A DNA stretch of 64,000 bases from Pristiophorus japonicus. Lineage: Eukaryota. The first letter of the stretch is position 1; every line of letters starts with the position of its first letter. Below the pieces are notes generated by a model. The model was given only the letters and a program-made list of their open reading frames with translations, did not search any database and was not told where the DNA came from. The translations under genes and the position numbers were made by a program. Of this stretch, positions 48,900 to 60,840 are shown one piece after another. The stretch is from the NCBI RefSeq assembly GCF_044704955.1, contig NC_091997.1, forward strand, positions 66,092,001 to 66,156,000, read 5' to 3'.

Positions 48900-50930
48900 A
48901 GTCAATGAGTGTCAGCATACTGTTCGACTGTGATGGCCAAGCTTGATGTGGGGTGAGGGTCAGGCGGGCAGGGAATGGGGGCGAGCAGGAAGCCAGTCTG
49001 AGGCCTGGGCAATTTCAACTCCAGGGGCCTCATATGATTGACAGGCTGTCCACCGAAATCTGAGCAATGAGGGCATGCCCCCAGGTTTTCTGAATCCTTC
49101 CTACAGGTCTTGGTGGAGACGGTCAGGGCAAGGAGGGAAGCACTGCTTCCCAGCACCCACAGGAGCGTCCCCAGGGCCACTATCCATCAGGCCTGGACAG
49201 AGGTGGCTGACTGAGACAGCACCAGCAGCATTACTCCCAGGTCTTGGCTTCAGTGTAGGAAGAGGTTCAATGACCTCACCAGAATGTAAGGACATGTGTC
49301 ATCTCGAATAGCATCAGCACTCTGCATTCTACATTGGAGAGTGTGGCCATTCCAGGGAGGGTCCAGCCAGGCCTTCACAAGAGAGTCGGCATCACCAACC
49401 TTTGTAACTTTGGAAGTTCAATGGTCACCATGCAGGCTCTGGGCACCTTGGAGAGTGAGAGACAGGTCCACTTTGGACAGAAAAGACAGGGACTTTCAAG
49501 GAGACACTCTCCCTCTGCAGTCTGCGCTCCTGCAGGTCAGTGCAAGTGATGATTCCCCCTCAATCGCGATGGACGCAGTATGTGTTGCCTTCTCTCAGGA
49601 TTTCGGTACACGTGCTCCTTTGCTACCCCCTTCACCCAGCCATGGTGCCCGCTAGTCAGCTGGGCCAGACTGCTCCGGCAGCCGGGACCTCACGGCTGAA
49701 CCAGCCAGAAGTCACCAGCCACAAGCATCTCAGGGTGCTGACATGAGCAACAGCAGCCTTCCAGCAGCTTCACTGAGGCCACGAGGGGATCACCTCATAG
49801 GAGCAGTAGAGCTAGGACACCTTTATAAGAAAGGCACATGGGTTGACATTTGGATGATTTATGAATGGAAGGCAATTAGGGTGTTAGGAGTTAATTTATC
49901 ACATTTAGCAGTGTGGTTTCATGGCAGATTCTGAGTCTGCATCGTCACCATGTCATTGATATGAAAAAGTTGGCTGAATGGTTTCAATGTTCTTCAATGG
50001 AAGATTAAAGGACTGCTGAAGGAGGACTGTTAATACTTAGGAGCTTTGTCTAACTTTTCAGAGGAGGGGATGAGCAGGGCACTGGAGGCTCTGACCCCAG
50101 CATTTATGGCTGCAAAGCATCGTGTTGGCTCTACTTCTGCTTCTACCACACCTTCTCCTAAGTCAGGGTAGGTGCCGGCCATGGCTCAGTGGGCAGCACT
50201 CTCACCTCTGAGTCAGAAGGTTGTGGGTTCAAGTCCCACTTCAGAGACTTGAGCACAAAATCCAGGCTGACTCTCTCGTGCAGTGCTGAGGGAGTGCCGC
50301 ACTGTCAGAGGTGCCGTCTTACAGGTGAGACGGTAAACCGAGGCCCCACCTGCTCTCTCAGGTGGATGTAAATGATCCCATGGCGCTATTTCGAGGAAGA
50401 GCAGGGGAGTTCTCCCCGGTGTCCTGGGGCCAATACTTATCCCTCAAACCAACATCACTAAAACAGATTATCTGGTCATTATCTCATTGCTGTTTGTGGG
50501 AGCTTGCTGTGCGCAAATTGGCTGCTGCATTTCCTACATTACAACAGTGACTACACTCCAAAAGTACTTAATTGGCTGTAAAGTGTCCTGAGGTAGTGAA
50601 AGGCGCTATAGAAATGCAAGTCTTTCTTTGTCATCAGGTGATGTCTGTTACTCAGCCTCATCCAAATGCAACCCTCTCTGGCACCTGAACCTCCGCCTCT
50701 GCGGCCCGAGGATAAGCTCCATGATCATTCTGGTGGTCCCGTGGGATTGATTGTACCTGTGTTGCTTGGACATGGAGGGTGGAGGGTGCCATGCGCCATG
50801 CATGTCGAGGGTCTAACGTGTCCCCCACCAGCCGTCTGGTCATGTTGGTGGAAGGGTTGCACCCTGGAGAGACGGCTGCGTGTCACAGCAAAGTCATCGC
50901 TATACACTTTCCAGCAGCAGTCACTCATCA
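48900..50930. mobile_element. Decayed PIF/Harbinger DNA transposon (Myb/SANT ORF on +, transposase on -), interrupted by a SINE
   Basis: Plus ~49100-49285: LQVLVETVRARREALL..QAWTEVA*..RSWLQCRKRFNDLTR; minus ~50680-50830: LVGD..TRMIMELILGPQRRRFRC resembles the HARBI1-type R..IE..G.LK.RFR motif. Confidence 0.6.
50177..50629 (+). mobile_element. Full-length Deu-domain tRNA SINE (others at 41175-41555, 44240-44670, 61375-61835, all minus)
   Basis: A box TGGCTCAGTGG, B box GGTTCAAGTCC, Deu core, L2-like tail. Confidence 0.85.
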
Positions 50931-51635
50931 TCATAGGCAGTCCCTCGAAACGAGGATGACTTGCTTCCACGCCAAAAAAGGATGAGTTCACAGGTGTTTC
51001 GAATGAAGAACCCGAACTACATCCTGAAGGGTGGAAGATGCCTGTGCATGGATTTTTTTAACGTGTGGTGACTGTTGCACACCAGCCACCACACGGGCTT
51101 GACAGAGCTAGGTCTTGGTCCAGTGGCAAGGATCACCCAAGACGACTGGAGACCAGCTCTGCTGCACAGACCTAGTGCGCACACATATCGCAGTGTGGGC
51201 TGGTCCGTGCTGCCCCTGGGCCCTCGCAGTCACTAGGTACCGATCAGGAGCAGAAACCCTGGCTGTTTTTTAAAAAAAAATGTAATGTCCTTCCTGACCC
51301 CGTGGTGCTCGGGTCAATTGTAATGGCCCAACTGCAACTGAAACCAGTTAACTCAACAGAGACCGGAGATTGAATGGGTTGGAGGGCAAAATACACACCA
51401 AGCCTTGCATTTACTCCCAGGACGGGAAGATCCAAGCTTTGCCTTTGTGGGCCACCTAGGTGCATACCCTGGAGCCTCAATCACCACACACAAAGTTTAA
51501 ATCCACATTCCCATGAATCTACTTAGAACTCTAGTTGCTGATACCAACAGATCTTGTTGTTGTGATTATGGAGTTACCCACCAATGAGGTGGCCAACACT
51601 AATAAGACACTAGCACTATTTCAAATCTCCAGGCC

Positions 51636-54600
51636 TGTTACGTATGCAATAACTCAATAGGCTTAGTACCGTGAACTCAATCAGGTGCGACCTGACTCTA
51701 CTTTATTAGCTCTCAAAGTGAGGATTAAACATGGAGGCTTTCTTTATATACAAGGGCTGCACGTGTGTGTCTGTGGCCCAATGACCTCCGACGGTCGCTC
51801 CCCCTGGTGGCAGGTAAACCCAGGCATACATACATTACATCATTCCCCCCCCCCCCCCCCCCCCCCGAAGATCTTGGTATCAGTACTATTTACAAATTGA
51901 GACGGTCCGGGGTTTTCCACTCCCTAGTTGATCGTCTCAGTTCAATTCCAGATGTGAGTGAGCCTCTCCGAGTCATTCATGACTTGAGGCTGGGTAGCTG
52001 ATCTAATGGGAGTGGCAGTGTCCATGTCGGAGATTGAAGGTCCAGATTCATTTACAACAGCAGGGTCTTCTGATGGCTGAATATGAATCGGTTGGTCAGT
52101 GATGGTGTCTTCTTCAAGCTGTTTCGGTTCGTCTGTGTGCCGCAATTTCGTCCTGCATGTTTGCCCATTAGTGAGCCTTACAATAAGCACCCTGTTACCC
52201 TCTTGGCCGTAACAGTCCCAGTGACCCACTTGGGGCCGTGACCATAATTTATCACCTACACTGGATCGTTAATAGATATGTCGCGTGACACGGCAGTGCG
52301 ATCACTGCTGATGTTGACGTCTGTTTTCGATGTGATCATTAAGATCAGGGTGGACAAGCGAGAGCCTGGTCTTGAGACCTCTCTTCTTCAACAGTTCAGC
52401 AGGGGGGACCTCGGTAAGCATGTGGGGTCTTGTCCTGTAACTAAGCAGTATGCGTGACAAGCGAGTCTGCAAAGAACCGTGAGTTAACGCGTTTCAGGCT
52501 CTGTTTGATGGTTTGGATGGCCCGCTCCGCTTGACTATTGGACATGGGTTTGAATGATGCTGACCTTACGTGTTTGATACCATTAAGTCTCAAACTCTTG
52601 AAACTCCAAACTCGTGAAGCACGATCCGTTGTTGCTCACAACGATGTCTGGCAGACCATGAGTGGCGAACATGGCACGAAGGCTCTCAATGGTGGCTGTG
52701 GATGTGCTGGATGACATGATTACACAGTCGCTTGTCCACCCTGATCTTAATGATCACATCGAAAACAGACGTCAACATCAGCAGTGATCGCACTGCCGTG
52801 TCACGCGACATATCTATTAACGATCCAGTGTAGGTGCTAAATTATGGTCACGGCCCCAAGTGGGTCACTGGGACTGTTACGGCCAAGAGGGTAACAGGGT
52901 GCTTATTGTCAGGCTCACTAATGGGCAAACATGCAGGACGAAATTGCGGCACACAGACGAACCGAAACATTTTGCCCAGGAAAGGACCCGCATAATCGAT
53001 GTGGATCCTCGACCATGGTTTGGATGGCCACAACCACAGACTTAGCGGAGATTCCACTGGTGCATTGCTTAACTGCATGCAAATGTTGCACTGATGCACA
53101 CATGACTCCAAATCAGAGTCAATGCTAGGCCACCAAATGTGAGACCTGGCAATGGCCTTCATCATCACAATGCCGGGATGGGTACTGTGTAAATCCCGTA
53201 CAAATCTCTCCCTGCCTTTCTTGGGCATAACAACACGATTACCCCATAGCAAACAATCAGATTGAGTGGATAGTTCGTCTTTGCGACGATTGTAAGGTTT
53301 GATCTCATTACACACTTCCCTGGGAATGGCCGACCAATCACCACTAAGGACACAACATTTTACAACTGATAAGATCGCATCCTGGCTGGTCCAGGTCCTA
53401 ACTTGTTGAGCAGTGACAGGCGACCCTTCACTCTCAAAGGCATCCATGACCAACAGTAGGTCTGCGGGCTGTGGCGTTTCCACCTCCGGCATGGGCAACG
53501 GTAAACGGCTCAATGCATCCGCACAATTCTCGGTGCCGGGTCTATGGCAAATGACATAATCATAGGCAGATAATGTCAGCGCCCACCTCTGGATGCGGGA
53601 CGACGCCTTGGTATTGATATCTCTATGCTCTGAAAACAAAGATATGAGCAGCTTGTGATTGGTTTCAAGCTCTAAACGAAGCCCAAACAGGTACTGGTGC
53701 ATCTTTTTAACCCCATATACGCAGGCTAAAGCTTCTTTCTCTACCGTGCCGTAGGCTCTTTCCGCTTTAGACATGCTTCTCGACGCATTCGCAACGGGTT
53801 GTAGTTTGCCCGACTCATTGGATTGTTGGAGCACACAACCAACCCCATGTGATGAAGCATCACAGGCCAATACTAAACGCTTGCACGGGTCATAATGTAC
53901 CAGCAATTTGTTAGAACAAAGCAGATTTCTATCCTTCTCAAAGGCCCTGCCTTGAGATACACCCCAAACCCAGTTGTCGCCTTTTCTGAGCAGCATGTGC
54001 AGTGACTCTAAAAATGTGCTCAATTTAGGTAAGAAATTCCAAAGTAGTTGAGAAGACCAAGGAACGAACGCAGCTCAGTCCCATTCTGGGGTCTGGGTGC
54101 ATTTTTGATGGCCTCTGTTTTCGAATCCGTAGGCCTGATGCCGTCTGCAGCAATCTTCCTTCCCAGGAATTCGACTTCCAGTGCCATAAAGATGCACTTT
54201 GAACGTTTCAGCCTGAACCCCATTTTGTCCAGACGACGTAGAATCTCTTCCAGGTTGTGCAAGTGTTCGGCAGTGTCACGACCTGTGACCAGAATGTCGT
54301 CTTGGAACACCACGGTTCTAGGGACGGACTTCAGTAGACTCTCCATGTTTCTCTGAAATATGGCTGAAGCCGAGCGAATTCCGAAAGAACACCTGTTGTA
54401 AATGAACAGCCCTTTATGCATATTGATGCACGTAAGTTTCTTCGACAATTCAACAAGCTCCTGTGTCAAATAGACCGACGTCAGATCCAATTTGGTGAAC
54501 GACTTTCCCCCGGCTAGCGTTGCAAACAGGTCATCAGCCTTTGGTAATGGGTACTGAGCCTGTTTCAAAACTCGGTTGATCGTAACCTTGTAGTGTCCAC

Positions 54601-56342
54601 AAATCCTGACAGTGCCATCACTCTTCAGCACAGGAACAATGGGACTAGCCCATTCGACCGGTGAAATGACCCCTTCACGTTGGAATCTGTTCAGTTCGAT
54701 TTCTACCTTCTCCCTCATCATGTACGGGACTGCCCGGGCTTTGTGATGGACGAGCCTTGCATCCGAGTCCAGGTGGATCTCCCGTGAAGTTGCCATTGCC
54801 CGGATCAAACAGCGAGGGAAATTTGCTCAGCACTTGAGCTCACGAAGCGTCATCCACCAGTGACAAAGCTTTAATATCGTTCCAGTTCCACATTATTTTT
54901 TCGAGCCAACTCCTGCCGAACAGCGTTGGACCATTGCCTGGAACGATCCACCGCGATAGATCATGAACCACCCCATCATACGACACCTTGACTGCTGCAC
55001 TGCCAGTCACTGGTGTGAGCTCTTTGGTGTAGGTACGCAATTTTGCATTTACTGGACTCCGCTTGGCTTTCACGGCCTTGGTGTCCCACAGCTTTTCGAA
55101 AGTCCTCTGGCTCATAATTGACTGACTCGCACCCGTGTCTAATTCCATAGATACCGGCACACCGTTCAATTTTACTTCAATCATTATTGGTTGGCTCTTT
55201 GTCAGGAACGAATGTACACTATACATTTGCTCCTCGGGTACCTTGGGTTGCATTGCCGGATCCGCTCTGGATCGGTCATCATCATCCACGTGGTGTATCA
55301 CGGCATGCATGCTGAGTTGCGGACACATCCACAGAAGGTGCCCCATTTTCGCACAGCCTCTACAAATATACTGCCTGAAACGGCACTGATGAGGCCAATG
55401 ATTTCCCCCACAACGCCAACAGGGTGAAATCGGATTCGTGCCCAATGGCGGACTTCGAGTAGCTACAGGTTTCGCAAACACAGTCGGGTGCGCCCTGCCA
55501 GGTGCAGCTCTGCCAACCAACGACACAATCTGGTGCACAGTACTTGCCGTAGAGTTCCGACTCTGTGAGGATATCTGCTTTGTACCATCGATCGTGGTCT
55601 GGCAAGCCTGGGCGATCGTGATGGTCCTGCTCAGATCCAGCGTCTCCACAGCCAGCAGCTTCCGCAGGATCACCTCGTGGTTTATGCCTATTACAAAGAC
55701 GTCGCGCAGCATGTCTTCCAACGCGGTTCCAAACTTACACGGCCCAGCGAGACGTCTCAGGTCGACAACAAATTCCGCCACGTCCTGGCCCTCAGAATGA
55801 ACATGCTTGTAAAAGCGATATCTCGAGATAATGATACCTTTTTTAGGTTTGAGATGGTCCCGAATCAGAGCACACAATTCCTCATAGATCTTTTCCATTG
55901 GACGTGCAGGTGAGAGCAGATTCTTTATGAGGCCATAGATTTTTGGACCACAAACTGTGAGGAAAACTGCCCTGCGCCTAATTACTTCAGCGTCTTTATC
56001 CATCTTGTTGGCCACGGAGTACTGGTTGAGGCAATCTGTAAAATCCTCCCAGTCTTCTCCCTCCACGAATCGCTCCAGGATTCCAAAAGTGCTCATTTTT
56101 TGTGTGCGTGAAAGTTCGTATTGTCCCTCGTCGCCAAATGTTGCGTATGCAATAACTCAATAGGCTTAGTACCGTGAACTCAATCAGGCGCGACCTGACT
56201 CTACTTTATTAGTTCTCAAAGTGAAGATTAAACATGGAGGCTTTCTTTATATACAAGGGCTGCACGTGTGTGTCTGTGGCCCAATGACCTCCGACGGTCG
56301 CTCCCCCTGGTGGCAGGTAAACCCAGGCATACATACATTACA
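51636..56342 (-). mobile_element. Full-length decayed Gypsy/Ty3 (Mag-like) LTR retrotransposon, antisense in a TTLL13 intron
   Basis: 204-bp TG..CA LTRs (51636-51839, 56139-56342; 4 differences), TSD AGGCC/GGGCC, PBS TGGCGACGAGG (tRNA-Ser GCU), G-run PPT, gag with two zinc knuckles, protease LDTGAS, RT FQDD, RNase H DAS, integrase HHCC and HIDYAGP; frameshifted. Confidence 0.95.
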
Positions 56343-58584
56343 GGGCCTCACAAGATTCAAAGCAGCAAATAATCAGCACAAATAGGTCTGAGTTGCCTGG
56401 GTTGCCAGGTGCAGAGGCTGCATGTGGCTGTAGTTTGGTGACCCTTACACCAGGCCCAGTGGAACTTGCTGTCTGTTAGTTGATCCTTCTCTCACCTCTA
56501 ACCTGTCACCAGGGCAGCGGGCATACAAGTCTAAACATAATTCCTTAATTATTTAATAAGAATCAAGCCTGACATAGGATTGTACAAAGGGGTGGGTAAT
56601 GATGATTGCATCTCGTACTGACTTTGATCAATACCTGCCATCTTTTATTAAGACGAGTCAGAACTGAGGATGCAGTGGGTTAGATGGGACACAGTGGGAC
56701 CTGGGTTTCGAATCCACATGAGACTGACAAGAGGAGCAGCTCCTCTGTCTGGTGGCCATTAGGATCCAACATCAAAGGCGTTTGAGCATACTCAAGGCAG
56801 TGTCTATACTGCCTCTAATTTGGTGCTAAATTGGCTATCTCAATCCAAGAGATGGGCGGTGTGGGAGCAATGCGATACTGGTGCAATAGGGCAGATTAGA
56901 CAAAAGCAACTTCTGCATATAACTGTGCTCTATGTGACCCGGGGATGCTTGTTGCTGCCATTGTGTGCTCAAAATGGAAATGTTCTATTCCATTAGCATC
57001 CCTCGCCTTGACGAGTACAAGATTTGCTGACAAATTCCACACAAAGGAACGGCTGGAATAGATTTGTCCAGTGAAAGATGTTAAATGATACCTCTTTAAT
57101 TCTGTTGTAGGTCACAGATCAGTTGTTGCCAATGAGTGCCTATCCCATTCACCTTTGCCGGCTGACTTTTCTGTCTCTCGAACCTGACTAATCCAAATGC
57201 CTGTGCTCTACAATAAAGGTGGTTGCAAAAGAATACAATGAGTTACTAATTCTGTTTTTTAGTTGTACCTCACATCGACCAAAACACGGAAAAAATTCCG
57301 AAACGGGCTGGATACTGTAATGGGAGGGTCTGAGGACTCTGGTTTCAGAGTGTATTTTTGTGAGCTGATTTAATGTAGATTCGAGGAGACAGCCTCCACT
57401 ATGTTGCCTCCTATGAGAGAGAGCAGCACATCAGGATCCATCGCTAAACATGCTGGAAAACACTCAGCAGGTCAGGCAGTATCTGTGGAGAGAGAGAAAC
57501 AGAGTTAATGTTTCAGCAGAACACATTAGGATCATGTTCCTGGTATTTCTCTGCAGTGACCATGCTGGTGATTTTCTGACGCACATACTGTGTTTTTTTT
57601 AATGAAACAGATTCTTTAGTGCTTTGTGTGACATGGGTTGTTATTTGCAAATGCTCTGCTTTAATCAGGGAGGATGTAATATTCTGCTCTTTGTCATTGA
57701 AACGATCGTCACAGACACAATGGGCTGAACAGCCTCCTTCTGTGCCGTAAATTTCTCTGACTAGTGACGCTCAGAAATATTGAGAAGCCTCAAAGAGGGT
57801 GAATGCTATATCGGAAAATTTAGGGTATTGGGGGAATGGGTTTCAACAGGCTGAAAGATCTTTTCTTATCTTGAGGTTTCCTATGATGCTGACCTGACCT
57901 GGCATTTTCAGGACAGCGATTATCTAAATTAATGAAGGTGGAAAAAGAGGATGGAAGGAAATCGGATTTACAAATCCTGCATGCATTTGGATATTCCCAA
58001 TTGCTGTTGCAATATTGTATTTTTAATCAGAGAAATATCTGAATGTGAATGATTTCCTTGTAGAGACATGGGTCTTCCTTGTCTAAAGCACTTTGAAAGT
58101 TAGGCCACTCCAGTTGCTCAGTAAAAGTCAATCTCCAGGTCATACTGGGCAGCACAGTTTGTGGGTTCCACCTTTTGTCTGAACTGACTTAACTGATCTC
58201 ACCTTGCACATGACAGTAAGGGACGTACAGCTGGCATTATATCCCCGGACTAGGGAGGTAGAAAGTCTGCCCGTTCCTGGTTCTGATGGGGCTTTGCTGT
58301 GAACGCCTTCCCTAGTAGAGTATCCTCAGTCTAACCTCACACTTGAAGAATGAACACTTTGGAAGATGTGTCCGAGGGCTGCCATGATTTAGCACCTTCA
58401 GGGTAAGAGGTACAGAAAAGTGAGGAAGTAAACCATCACAAAACCTATCTGCATGTGCTGTATTTGATGACCGTATCGATGTGATGTTGATAACCAGTCA
58501 GTGTTTATAGAAATTACAACATGGAAACAGGCCATTCAGCTCAACTATTCCGTGTTGTTGTTTAACCTCCACATGAGCACACCA

Positions 58585-59130
58585 TCATAGGCTGACCCTC
58601 GGAATCGAGGAAGACTTGTTTCCACTCTTAAAATGAGTCCTTAGGTGGCTGAACAGTCCAATACGAGAGCCACAGTCCTGTGTTACAAGTGGGACAGATA
58701 GTCGTTGAGGGAAGGGGAGGGTGGGACAGGTTTGCCGCACGCTCTTTCCGCTGCCTGCGCTTGATTTCGGCACGCTCTCGATGATGAGACTCGAGCTGCT
58801 CAGCGCCCTCCCGGATGTACTTCCTCCACTTAGGGCAGTCTTTGGCCAGGGACTCCCAAGTGTCAGTGGGGATGATGCACTTTTTCAGGGAGGCTTTAAG
58901 GGTGTCCCTGTAATGTTTCCCCTCTGCCCACCTTTGACTCATTTGCTGTGAAGGAGTTCCGAGTAGAGCACTTGCTTTGGGAGTCTCATGTCTGGCATGC
59001 GAATAATGTGACCTGCCCAGTGTGGTCAGTGCTTTAATGCTGGGGATGTTGGCTTGGTCGAGGACGCTAATGTTGGTGCATCTATCCTCCCAGGGGATTT
59101 GTAGGATCTTGCGGAGGCATCGTTGGTGGC
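58585..59130 (-). mobile_element. RTE-clade LINE 3' fragment (related pieces at ~12751-13000, 28570-28760, 50930-51230)
   Basis: DTLKASLKKC..TWESLAKD..WRKYIREG and C-terminal C..C..SRIGLFSHLRTH. Confidence 0.75.
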
Positions 59131-59529
59131 TGTGATTAATCCAGTATCATTCGATTCTACAAAGTTTATTTTGGTAGGAAGCTAAGCATATCATGGGAAT
59201 AATATTCTGGACAGTGGCTTCGGGTAACCTAGTCTCAGTCAGGAGGTGATTGTGGTCACTGAGACTTGTCACCATTTTGTCATTCCCTTTGTCTCCAACT
59301 CATCCAAAACTCTGCCCCCCCATCCCCACATACTGCCCACAGCAACTCCCACTCGCCCATCGCTCCTGTCCTCAACACCTCAATTGGCTTCCTACTTCTT
59401 AATACATTGGAATCAAAATCTCTGTCTCATTTGCAAATCTCTCTATAGCCTCACTCAAGCTCTATTCCCTTAACCATTTCCACCCCAATGCCCTTTGATC
59501 CTTCAATTTCTGGATCTTTGTGCATTTTC

Positions 59530-59965
59530 TGAGAGATTGAGTAGTTTGGGCCCATGCTCTCTGGAGTTTAAGAATGAGAGGTGATCTTATTGAAACATTT
59601 AAGATTCAGAGGGGGATTGACAGGGTAGATGCAGAGAGGTTGTTTCCCCTGGCTGGGGAGTCTAGAACTAGGAGGCATAGTCTCAGGATAAGGGGTCGGC
59701 CATTTAAGACTGAGTTGAGGAGGAATTTCTTCACTCAGAGGGTTGTGAATATTTGGAATTCTCTGCCCCAGAGGGCTGTGGATGCTCAGTTTCTGAGTAT
59801 ATTCAAAGTTGAGTTAGATAGATTTTTGGACTGTAGGGGAATCAAGGGATATGGTGATTAGGTAGGAAAGTGGAGTTGAGGTCGAAGATCAGCCATGATC
59901 TTATTGAATGGTGGAGCAGGCTTGAGGGGCTATTTAGCTTACTCCTGCTCCTAATTCTTATGTTC
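59530..59965 (+). mobile_element. CR1 3' fragment (similar copies at 39000-39352, 41975-42600, 47755-48187)
   Basis: MRGDLIETFK..RRNFFTQRVVNIWNSLP. Confidence 0.85.
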
Positions 59966-60645
59966 TCCCTCTCTTCCACAACAGTAGAAACTCCCTCCCC
60001 AAATCTCTCTCCCCTACTATACTTCTGTTGCCATCTTAAAAAAAGAAACTCCTCAAAATCTCACCCTCTGCTCCTGCTATGGTCAACTCCTCCACTCAAT
60101 GTACCCTGAGATGTTTATTACGCTAATGGTGTATAAATGCAAGTCTATGATGGATTTGAACGCGCTCCCTTCTCTTCAAAATTTCTCTTCCCCAGAAAGT
60201 GCTTCCTTATACTGGGGTACAGTTTCACGGGTGTCAGAAGCCCCTTGAGATACATTCTCTGAGTGGTCATTCTTAATCTGTGAGCGTAGACAGTGAGTGT
60301 CGCAAGTCCCAGCCAAGCTCAGTCCTCACGCAATCTCCAGAAACTTTCCAGCAGGAAACACTGAATGGCGATTTTAAAAAAAAAAGAGGATCCTGGCTGA
60401 TTTTTCCTCTCCCAGTGATAGTGAAATCAGTTGCAGTGCCACTCCTGACGAACACAGTTCCTAGAGGACAAGGTTAGTGACAAAAATTAGCATCTGAACA
60501 CCAATCATCAATTCTGACCCATCCATTAACAGCTGTAAGTGTGTTGGTTATCAAAACCTTTTTTTCCAAATAAATTCCAGAACTGAGTTGCTCGTTCCAC
60601 TTCTGCTGATAGAAATGTTCTTTTTTGTTGTTGCGCATTTTACAG

Positions 60646-60840
60646 GAGGCCATAGACATCATGAAACCGTTGGATATTATCGAAGAGGAGGAGCTGCAGC
60701 GACTCAGCGGCCTACTGCAGAGGGAGAACCTCCTCCGGGCTCTGGGTGTTATCGAGCAAGTTTACCGCATCTTGCAAAACACTCCGGGCGTTAACTGCAG
60801 TGTTCAAAACCCTCCTCCGTGTGGTGCAGGCCAGAATAAA
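60646..60840 (+). CDS. TTLL13: TTLL13 C-terminal-region exon (KPLDIIEEEELQRLSGLLQRENLLRALGVIEQVYRIL); later exons not resolved
   Basis: tttacag acceptor, GTGAGT donor, phase 0; resembles the TTLL13 EEEELER..LLQRE.LIR.LG.VEQ motif. Confidence 0.85.

Noticed and set aside
50177-50245. tRNA-like A and B boxes
   Set aside because: SINE head followed by the Deu domain, not a tRNA gene.
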